Virus record (IMG/VR): IMGVR_UViG_3300009314_000008
Span: 1-64,000 of that record
Direction: 5' to 3' (one strand)
DNA length: 64,000 bases
From: a virus
Of this stretch, positions 1-7,323 are shown piece after piece. Each line of letters opens with the position of its first letter. Within the stretch, counting starts at the first letter, position 1. The position numbers and the translations under genes are program-made. The notes below the pieces were generated by a model. That model ran no database searches. It was not told the origin of the DNA and worked only from the letters and a program-made list of their open reading frames with translations.

Positions 1-293
1 TTATAAGAATTTGCTTTTAGTTGGTTTTTTCTTACATTGCGATCAAGTTAAATATGCATTCAAAAGAATGCAAGTTTTTTCTGCTGCGATTAGCAGCTTA
101 GTTCAACAAAAATATCCACTCGTCACGTTGTTTTGCGTGGCATATTCGCCATCAATACAATTCTAATCATCTTTCCTTCTGTTGCATCATATCTTTTTCA
201 TCCTCAGCCAATTCTTGCCGCAGTGATTTGGCGACATTTTGATTACGCTCTTCATGGTCAACCAACGCACATGGGCATCCAACTCGATTGCAG

Positions 294-599
294 TCATTTC
301 TGTAGACACACATCTTTCCTCCTTTTATGCTTTTGATCCATACCTATACTATTAAGAGGTATAACTTTTACCGGATTTTGGAATTGTGCAAATGTTGCCC
401 CAAATCCCTTTCCCGAATTATAGAATACCACATTGCTGTCCACAATTTTGAAATGGGTGGAATCATACTCTTGGTGCAGAATATCTGATGCCTCATTATA
501 TTCACTTACTTCATCTGTTACCCACGATGGGACTAAACAATATATTTTATCCTTTTGAGTATTGGTGGTTACTATTTGCAGAGCTTTTTGGATATCCAT
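294..599 (-). CDS. hypothetical protein (~101 aa, start reassigned to MDIQKALQ)
   Basis: ORF track gives 294..647, but the upstream part overlaps the tRNA-like element; AGGAGG RBS precedes the ATG at 599. Confidence 0.65.
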   Translation of the reverse strand: MDIQKALQIVTTNTQKDKIYCLVPSWVTDEVSEYNEASDILHQEYDSTHFKIVDSNVVFYNSGKGFGATFAQFQNPVKVIPLNSIGMDQKHKRRKDVCLQK

Positions 600-621
600 T
601 ACTCCTCCTAATAGGTAAAAA

Positions 622-694
622 TTGGCAGGATGGATTCGAACCACCATCCAAGGCTGTCATCTTCCCTTGTGATCTACCATTGATCTACTGTCCA
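622..694 (-). tRNA. tRNA-like element or tRNA pseudogene with aberrant 11-nt anticodon loop
   Basis: Minus strand TGGACAG-TA-GATC AATGGTA GATC-A-CAAGG GAAGATGACAG CCTTG-GAT-GGTGG TTCGAAT CCATC-CTGCCA: intact D arm and T arm, one-base bulge in the acceptor stem, no assignable anticodon. Confidence 0.7.
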
Positions 695-713
695 TCATAT
701 AATTAAACTTATA

Positions 714-751
714 CTGTTTATTATATGACAGATTTTATTATTTTCCGTCAA
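714..751 (-). promoter_or_regulatory. putative phage promoter motif TGACG-N10-AAATCTGTYATATAATAAAYAG, copy 1
   Basis: 20/22 identity plus identically spaced TGACG with copy 2 at 9992-10028; contains TATAAT; lies just upstream of the tRNA-like element. Confidence 0.55.
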
Positions 752-796
752 AATATCTTGACAAAATTTATTTGTTTTATCTTCTGATATTGAGGT

Positions 797-3700
797 GTGT
801 TTATGAAGGATATCAGTCTGGATAACGGTTCGGGGAAAACCGAAGACATTAAAAAGTCTTTAGTAGCAGGGCTTAATAAAATTTTTCCCATAGAATCTAA
901 TAAGAGAAAATTATCTATTGAGAACATTTGGTTTGGCAGACCAAACTTTGACGGCAATTCATGGAAGGATATCAATGATGCTCACAAGTCTAAAAGCACA
1001 ATAGGATTACCCTACCACTATGACATGGTTATTACGGACAAAGAATCCGGGAAAACTATTTCCCGTAAGAAAGTTAAGGGCGGAACCCTCCCGACTAAAG
1101 TTCCCTTACTGATGGGATCTTTCATGGTTGATGGCAATGCTTACTCTATTCCCCTTCAGGACAGATTGAAGCCAGGTGCATATGCCAGATTATCTGAAAC
1201 GGGTGAAGCCGAAGTCTACAATAACATAAAGGGTAGCACTCCCCTTCGTACCACGATTAGTCCGGAAAGGGGAATTATTTCTCTTAAAATCAGACAGGGT
1301 AGCGTGCCCCTGTATCCGTTACTAAAATTAATGGGTATCAAAGATGAGAAAATCAAGTCCACCATAGGAAATGAACTCTTTGACAAAAATGCCACTGCTG
1401 ATTATGGAAAAAACATTATGAAGGTTCATAAAATAATGTTCTCCTTCAATGCTGATTCATTAGAAGATGCTGAACAAAACATCAAACATAAGTTCGCATC
1501 CATGTCAACCAGTCCCGAAGTCAATAAAAGGACGCTCGGAGATGACCACAAGAACATTGATGGTCACTATTTGCTAGATACGGCTAAAAAAGTGGTAAAC
1601 ATAACCAGGGGAATTGATTCTCCGGACAACAGGGACTCTCTTATTAATAAATCTACTATGGGTATTGACGACATCCTTAAAGATTCGCTTGAGAGATCCG
1701 GTAAGATGAGCACATTTAGCTACAAAGCTCGCTGGAAAATGAATCACACTGATGACGCATCCAAGATGGTCAATCCGAAAAAGATCGATGAGCACGTTAA
1801 ACAGATATTTACTTCATCCAAATTGTCAAGATACGCTGATCAAACCAATCCTGCATCTATGATATCAGAAAACAACCTTACTACAGTATTAGGAGAAGGT
1901 GGTATTGGCTCTAAAGATGTTGTTACACAGGCTGCCAAAAAACTGCAGAATTCTCATGCTGGATTTATTGACCCGGTCAAAACTCCCGAATCGTACGCTG
2001 CGGGGATCAGCCTCACTTTAGCCAAAGATACAAAAAAGATAGGTAACGAATTGGCTACTAAAGTCATTGATGTTAAAACGGGAGGCGTTTCCTGGCTGCC
2101 AGTATCTAAAACCCTTGACACACCAGTTGCATTCCCGGGAGAGTTTATTAACCGTGGTGGCAAATGGGTTGCTAAAGACAGTGAGGTTGATGTAATCTAT
2201 AATGATGATGAGAAATCTATTGACCCCAGCAAAGTAAGATATATGATTCACAGCCCATCTGGGATGTTTGACATCTCTACTAACATGATCCCCTTTATTC
2301 AATCTAACCAAGCTAACAGGCTCTTAACAGGGACCAAGATGTCCGCCCAGGCGGTTCCTCTCGTTGAACCAGAAAAGCCGCTAGTTGAAACAGTAGTTGA
2401 TGGGATTCCTATGCTGGATGCTATTGGGGACAAGTTCTCTACGAAGGCTAAACAATCCGGAACCGTTTCTAAAGTCACCAAAGATATTATTGAGGTTACT
2501 TCAGGTAATGGCACATCTCAACATTCTATTCCTAGCGATGTCCCTCTTAATGAGAAATCATTTATAGACGCTATTGTAAAGGTTAAAAAGGGTGATAAGG
2601 TTAAAAAAGGGCAACTTCTTGCAGATTCAACTTTTACCCGGGATGGAAAATATGTTAATGGAGTGAATTTAGTCACAGCATATACTCCATGGCAGGGGCT
2701 GAACCACGAGGATAGTGCAGTCATCACCGAAAGTGCGGCCAAAAAACTCAAATCACTCCATGTTCACAAGATAACACTACCCAAAAAACACAACTTATCT
2801 CTTAATTTAGAAAAATATAAAGCATACAATCCCTATGTCCTTGATAAAATCGAGTCCGGCAATTATGATAAAGACGGGGTTATTAAGCCGGGAACTACGG
2901 TTAAGACCCACGATCTATTAATTGCCGCCATGGAAGATAATGTCGTTACCGGAGCAGATAGCCTTATTGCCAAAATGAAAAAATCTTCTATCCAACCATT
3001 TAAGGATGCTTCCGTCTCCTGGAGAAAAAGTCCGGAGGGCAAAGTCATTGATGTAGTAAAAGATAAAGATGCTGTAAAGGTATATATCAAAACAACCGAA
3101 CCCTTTAAAGTGGCTGATAAAATTGTCGGCCGACATGGTAACAAGGTTACTGTATCATCTATTATCCCTGACAAATTAGCTCCCGTTACAGAATCTGGAG
3201 AAAAGGTTGAACTAATAATTGATCCTCTCTCCGTTCCTAGTCGTATCAATATAGGTCAACTCATTGAAACTGCTGCAGGCAAGGTCGCTGACAAGAAAAA
3301 ATCTCCATATTTAGTAAATAATTTTGACGGATCTGATCACCGCAAACAGATTTTAGACATCATGAAAGATATTGGAATCAAAGAAACTGAAGATATTTTT
3401 GATCCAGCCACAGGGGCCACAATCCCAAATATATTGGTGGGAAAACAGTACATAAATAAATTAAAACATCAGGTTGAGCACAAAATGTCCTCCCGTGGAG
3501 TTACCGGACCCTATACTTACAATAATCAGCCTATTGCTGGTAGCGGTCGTGGTGGAATGGCGTTTGATAACTTGACCACAAATGTATTATTATCTCATGG
3601 AGCAAAAGATATCCTTCGGGAAGGGTTCAATGTTAAAAACAACCCTAACACTGATTATTGGAGGGCAATCCAACACGGAGAAGTCCCTCCAGCTCCAACT

Positions 3701-4036
3701 ACATCCTATGAGTGGAAAAAATTTGAATCGCTATTGAAGGGAATGGGTATCAATACTAAGAAAAAAGGATCCTCCATTAAATTAGCACCCATGACGGATA
3801 AAGATGTTTTAGATATAAGTAAAGGTGAAATCGAATCTCCGATAAAAACATTTCGAGGCAAAGGCGCTTCCCTTACTCCAGATAAGCATGGATTATTCGG
3901 CGATAACGCAGGGGGGTTCATGGGACAACATTTTAATCATATCAAACTCAATAAACCTATTCCTAATCCTGCATTCAAGGAGGGCATTAAAGCAATCCTT
4001 CGTCTTACTGACAAGGAATTTGAGGAGTCACTTTAA
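797..4036 (+). CDS. rpoB: phage RNA polymerase beta subunit fused to the beta' N-terminal segment
   Basis: beta motifs IDPVKTPES, MIPFIQSNQANRLLTGTKMSAQAVPL, GLNHEDS, ADKIVGRHGNK, PLSVPSRINIGQLIE, KLKHQVEHKMSSR; C-terminal LAPMTDKDVLDISKGEI..GLFG..NHIKLNKPIPNP resembles the start of beta'. Confidence 0.92.
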   Translation: MFMKDISLDNGSGKTEDIKKSLVAGLNKIFPIESNKRKLSIENIWFGRPNFDGNSWKDINDAHKSKSTIGLPYHYDMVITDKESGKTISRKKVKGGTLPTKVPLLMGSFMVDGNAYSIPLQDRLKPGAYARLSETGEAEVYNNIKGSTPLRTTISPERGIISLKIRQGSVPLYPLLKLMGIKDEKIKSTIGNELFDKNATADYGKNIMKVHKIMFSFNADSLEDAEQNIKHKFASMSTSPEVNKRTLGDDHKNIDGHYLLDTAKKVVNITRGIDSPDNRDSLINKSTMGIDDILKDSLERSGKMSTFSYKARWKMNHTDDASKMVNPKKIDEHVKQIFTSSKLSRYADQTNPASMISENNLTTVLGEGGIGSKDVVTQAAKKLQNSHAGFIDPVKTPESYAAGISLTLAKDTKKIGNELATKVIDVKTGGVSWLPVSKTLDTPVAFPGEFINRGGKWVAKDSEVDVIYNDDEKSIDPSKVRYMIHSPSGMFDISTNMIPFIQSNQANRLLTGTKMSAQAVPLVEPEKPLVETVVDGIPMLDAIGDKFSTKAKQSGTVSKVTKDIIEVTSGNGTSQHSIPSDVPLNEKSFIDAIVKVKKGDKVKKGQLLADSTFTRDGKYVNGVNLVTAYTPWQGLNHEDSAVITESAAKKLKSLHVHKITLPKKHNLSLNLEKYKAYNPYVLDKIESGNYDKDGVIKPGTTVKTHDLLIAAMEDNVVTGADSLIAKMKKSSIQPFKDASVSWRKSPEGKVIDVVKDKDAVKVYIKTTEPFKVADKIVGRHGNKVTVSSIIPDKLAPVTESGEKVELIIDPLSVPSRINIGQLIETAAGKVADKKKSPYLVNNFDGSDHRKQILDIMKDIGIKETEDIFDPATGATIPNILVGKQYINKLKHQVEHKMSSRGVTGPYTYNNQPIAGSGRGGMAFDNLTTNVLLSHGAKDILREGFNVKNNPNTDYWRAIQHGEVPPAPTTSYEWKKFESLLKGMGINTKKKGSSIKLAPMTDKDVLDISKGEIESPIKTFRGKGASLTPDKHGLFGDNAGGFMGQHFNHIKLNKPIPNPAFKEGIKAILRLTDKEFEESL

Positions 4037-4798
4037 ATGGAATGTCCTTCGATCATTAAGGTCGCACTATCCAAAAGACTTAAAAAAGATTTAATTATTC
4101 CCAAGGGGACGATCTTTCGCGACATTAGACCAGGAACAACTGTCAAATACATTAGTCCCGGCCATTATGATTCAATTTTTGGACTAACAAAAGATACCTA
4201 CGGTTCTATAATGTATTCGTTTGATAACAATATTGACACAAAACAGAAACGTTTATTAAATGAATATTTCGAGAATATTAACAGTATGTCTAAAACAGCC
4301 AGACCAAGTAAAATAAAGGCACTATATAACATCATGAGAACCAGACAATATCTTCCATCTCTTGACAAAATAGATTTTGTTAAATTCCCAGACAAAAATA
4401 TTTTTGTCAGAGAAGATATTAAACCGATTACGCAGTTCCCCAAAAGAAATACTAAATCGAAATTGTTGGAGATGCTTGAAGGCTCTGCTCATGAGGGATT
4501 TCATCAATTAGGTGTTCATAAGGATGTTATCTCAATCAAAGAACTTCAAAGACTTGGGTTTAAGAGATCTATTGGACTTCCTGTCCCGGGCGAGTTCGTT
4601 TTATCTCCCTCATGGAGACTGGGTAAACTGCATGTTCGTAAATTAAATGACTTATTTCTTATCCATAAAGATAATATTGCCCCGCAAAACTTGATAGATA
4701 CTATAAAACATAATGCTATTGATGTTCCTGCTGGCATCTATGCTTATTGGCTGAAAGGGATAAAAGAAATAGCCACCAATAGTAAGGAGATCAAATGA
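4037..4798 (+). CDS. hypothetical cargo protein with CP-leader (MECPSIIKVA), inserted within the beta' coding region
   Basis: No RNAP motifs; abuts the upstream stop and overlaps the downstream start (ATGA); leader shared with genes at 47.6-62.7 kb. Confidence 0.75.
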   Translation: MECPSIIKVALSKRLKKDLIIPKGTIFRDIRPGTTVKYISPGHYDSIFGLTKDTYGSIMYSFDNNIDTKQKRLLNEYFENINSMSKTARPSKIKALYNIMRTRQYLPSLDKIDFVKFPDKNIFVREDIKPITQFPKRNTKSKLLEMLEGSAHEGFHQLGVHKDVISIKELQRLGFKRSIGLPVPGEFVLSPSWRLGKLHVRKLNDLFLIHKDNIAPQNLIDTIKHNAIDVPAGIYAYWLKGIKEIATNSKEIK

Positions 4799-5787
4799 GT
4801 GAAATACTCAACAGACTATCCGACATCGATATTGACGATAGGTTACCTCGCATTAAAAATAGAATAGAGCATGAGACTAGCCCCAGGATAATTGATAAGT
4901 TAGTTAAGGAGTTTAAGGTTTTAAATAATCTTAAGAAAGAGGGATTAACTCCATATGAGGCATTTACTAGAGAGATTGTGCCAGTTATCCCAGCTCAGTT
5001 CAGATCACCCATCGAACTTCCCAATGGCAACATTTTTAGCCCAGAGACTAATATACTGCTTCGAGATATTGCTCTCACAAATAATCTTGTTGATAAATCA
5101 AAAGAAATGGGGAAAGAACAGGAAGATAAAGCAACCAAAGAACTTTACAAAACCGTTGAGAAACTAATGGGATTCAAATCCCCCGAAGAGGGAAAGAATT
5201 TATTCGACACTATATCCGGTGGTAAGGCCCCCCCCAAGAGAGGATTCTTCCAAAGGCATATGGTTCGCAAACGTCAAAACATGTCAGGAGGGTCAGTGAT
5301 ATCCCCTGGTCCTCATTTAGATATTGATGAAGTCGAAATACCATATGATATTGGGCTAAATATTTTTGAACCATTTATTAAAAAAGAACTCACGGAACGT
5401 GGATATGCCAACGATGACATCGAAAAGGCAATATCAAAACGAACTTCATTAGCAAAAGACGCTCTTTTATCAGCCAGTAGGAACAGGCCTGTATTGATTA
5501 ACAGAGCCCCGTCTATTTGGCAAGGATCAGTAACTGCACATAAGCCAATATTTACAAATAAGAAGAACATTACTATCCCTAGCTTGCTTACGGCTTATCA
5601 GGGTGCGGATTTTGACGGTGATAGTTGCATATCTTTCATTCGTTTACGTTATAAGCAGAATGCTGATTTTTATATTGACATTAAGTCTGTTTTTAAATAC
5701 ATTGTCTCCATAATTAAAATATGGAGGAAGAAAATAAATGCGAATAGCAATAACAGACAACAGGCGAAACATAATAGTAAACGATGA
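4795..5787 (+). CDS. rpoC: RNA polymerase beta' middle fragment (catalytic ADFDGD) plus N-intein
   Basis: VPVIPAQFRSP, GFFQRHMVRKRQNMSGGSVISPGP, VLINRAPSIW, YQGADFDGD at 5596-5622, then non-RNAP SCISFIRLRY. Confidence 0.92.
   Translation: MSEILNRLSDIDIDDRLPRIKNRIEHETSPRIIDKLVKEFKVLNNLKKEGLTPYEAFTREIVPVIPAQFRSPIELPNGNIFSPETNILLRDIALTNNLVDKSKEMGKEQEDKATKELYKTVEKLMGFKSPEEGKNLFDTISGGKAPPKRGFFQRHMVRKRQNMSGGSVISPGPHLDIDEVEIPYDIGLNIFEPFIKKELTERGYANDDIEKAISKRTSLAKDALLSASRNRPVLINRAPSIWQGSVTAHKPIFTNKKNITIPSLLTAYQGADFDGDSCISFIRLRYKQNADFYIDIKSVFKYIVSIIKIWRKKINANSNNRQQAKHNSKR
5623..5787 (+). mobile_element. split intein N-part (short, Ser1-Cys2)
   Basis: RNAP similarity stops exactly after DFDGD; S-C-I-S-F-I-R-L-R-Y is block-A-like; the remaining tail overlies a promoter. 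Confidence 0.75.
5675..5727 (+). promoter_or_regulatory. sigma70-type promoter and RBS for the endonuclease gene
   Basis: TTGACA (5675-5680), N17, TACATT (5698-5703); GGAGG at 5723-5727; ATG at 5738. Confidence 0.7.
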
Positions 5788-6814
5788 ATTTTCGAAACAG
5801 TCAATTATGGTTAAAGGTGGCAAAAAGGACACTTATTTGATGATCAAGCCCGCAAGTGATAATTCCGTTAAAACTATTGATATTGCAGACAATAATATCG
5901 TTTGCAATAGAGAATCAGGTCAATTTTTTGGCATGTTTATTGGAGACGGATGGGCAGATGCTAGCAACGGAAATCGTAAGGGGTATCATATTAGCATTGC
6001 TTCCATTCATGATGAGATTATAATCGCGTTCAGAACATATGCTAACAAATTTTTAAGGCAACACCTCGCATATACACCAGGGATACATCATAAAAATACC
6101 AAACACGATTATTGGGATAACCATACATCTATTCATGGCAAATTTACTATAGGAGTTCCTGCTAACACATGTTCAGCGATGCTTGCTACTTTTGGACATG
6201 GAGCAAAAAATAAAACATTTCCAGATAATTTATTAAATACCCCCAATGATTTCAGATGGGGGCTACTGTCTGGCTTGATGGATACAGATGGCACATTCAC
6301 ATATCGCCAACAAACAAAGAATGGTAAGCTATGCTACAATAAGTTGTCAACATATTCAACCGTCAGTATAAATCTCGCTAATAAAGTACAACTACTTTGC
6401 TTTACCCTCGGTATAAATGCTTCGATAACTACTACGATACACAAACATGATGATCGTCCTAATGTTACAGAATATTTAGTAGTATTAAGCGTTAAACATT
6501 TAACAGAATTGAGAGACAACCTATCTTTGATACTTCCATATAAAAAAGATATCCTCCATAAATTCACGATAGAAAATCAAGCATACCGCAAAGATATTGT
6601 TCCTTATGATAATGAAATTCATAAGTTAATAAAGTCTTTGATCCCCTACAAAGACAGATCAACAGTATTATCCCTTGCTCGCAATCGTGGCTATATCACC
6701 CGACAAACAATGGATAGATACTACTATGGTCCAATCAAAGAGTTGTACGACACCAAATTTAACTACAATCATCAATATGAAATCGTAAAGGAGATAATTG
6801 AGGTACCAATATGA
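5738..6814 (+). CDS. free-standing LAGLIDADG (DOD-type) homing endonuclease
   Basis: Two LAGLIDADG motifs, GQFFGMFIGDGW and WGLLSGLMDTDG; also AKNKTFP and STVSINLANKVQLLCFTLGINAS, typical of intein endonucleases. Confidence 0.9.
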   Translation: MRIAITDNRRNIIVNDEFSKQSIMVKGGKKDTYLMIKPASDNSVKTIDIADNNIVCNRESGQFFGMFIGDGWADASNGNRKGYHISIASIHDEIIIAFRTYANKFLRQHLAYTPGIHHKNTKHDYWDNHTSIHGKFTIGVPANTCSAMLATFGHGAKNKTFPDNLLNTPNDFRWGLLSGLMDTDGTFTYRQQTKNGKLCYNKLSTYSTVSINLANKVQLLCFTLGINASITTTIHKHDDRPNVTEYLVVLSVKHLTELRDNLSLILPYKKDILHKFTIENQAYRKDIVPYDNEIHKLIKSLIPYKDRSTVLSLARNRGYITRQTMDRYYYGPIKELYDTKFNYNHQYEIVKEIIEVPI

Positions 6815-7323
6815 ATAATTTTTCCCTTTTTAATCGTTTTCTTCATAAGCTTTCATACAAGCTTTTTGGTAAAGGCAAAGTCTTTATCGGAGACATTGAC
6901 CACTACCCATATCCTATTGAAGTAAAAGGCAATTGCTTTGGCGGACAAAACATTAAATATGTAGCACTCCCTGGCCAAATGTGCACATCCATCACAAAAA
7001 ATGGCAAAATTGTTGAAGACGAGATCACATACTTTTCTATCCACAGAAATATCCCCCTCTATAAAGTTATTTATTCGGATGGTTCAGAGATACTAACATC
7101 TCCAGTCAACACAATACTTATCATGTCTGATGATAAATGGGAAAGGGCTAATCTTATAGATATGAGTATTGTGGGCAAAGTGTCTCCTGGGTTCTCGGAT
7201 GGTAGCATTATATACAAAAAAGTAGTTGAAGTTATAAATACCCACAAAAAAGTAGACATGTATGATGTTTCACTTAAGAATGAAACCACTTTTCTTACCG
7301 ATTCCGACATATTTGTCTTTGAT
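6811..7323 (+). mobile_element. split intein C-part (171 aa, ends Phe-Asp; +1 residue Thr)
   Basis: Joining DFDGD to TVSVHVP restores the bacterial DFDGDQMAVHVP register exactly. Confidence 0.8.

Noticed and set aside
1-310. Possible minus-strand gene after the 294-599 ORF
   Set aside because: Only short frames broken by stops; no product can be supported.
758-790. Canonical sigma70 promoter for the RNAP gene
   Set aside because: TTGACA is present but there is no acceptable -10 at 16-18 bp; kept only as part of the TTGACAAA motif finding.
5623-6810. Group I intron carrying the LAGLIDADG gene (the flanking ORFs are in the same frame)
   Set aside because: There is no non-coding space for a ribozyme core, both downstream ORFs have their own RBS, and the flanks are intein-like. 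Not formally excluded without RT-PCR.
5738-6814. One contiguous intein broken by two sequencing frameshifts
   Set aside because: IntC has its own block-B region downstream of the endonuclease, the wrong order for a canonical intein, and a promoter and RBS sit at the first junction.
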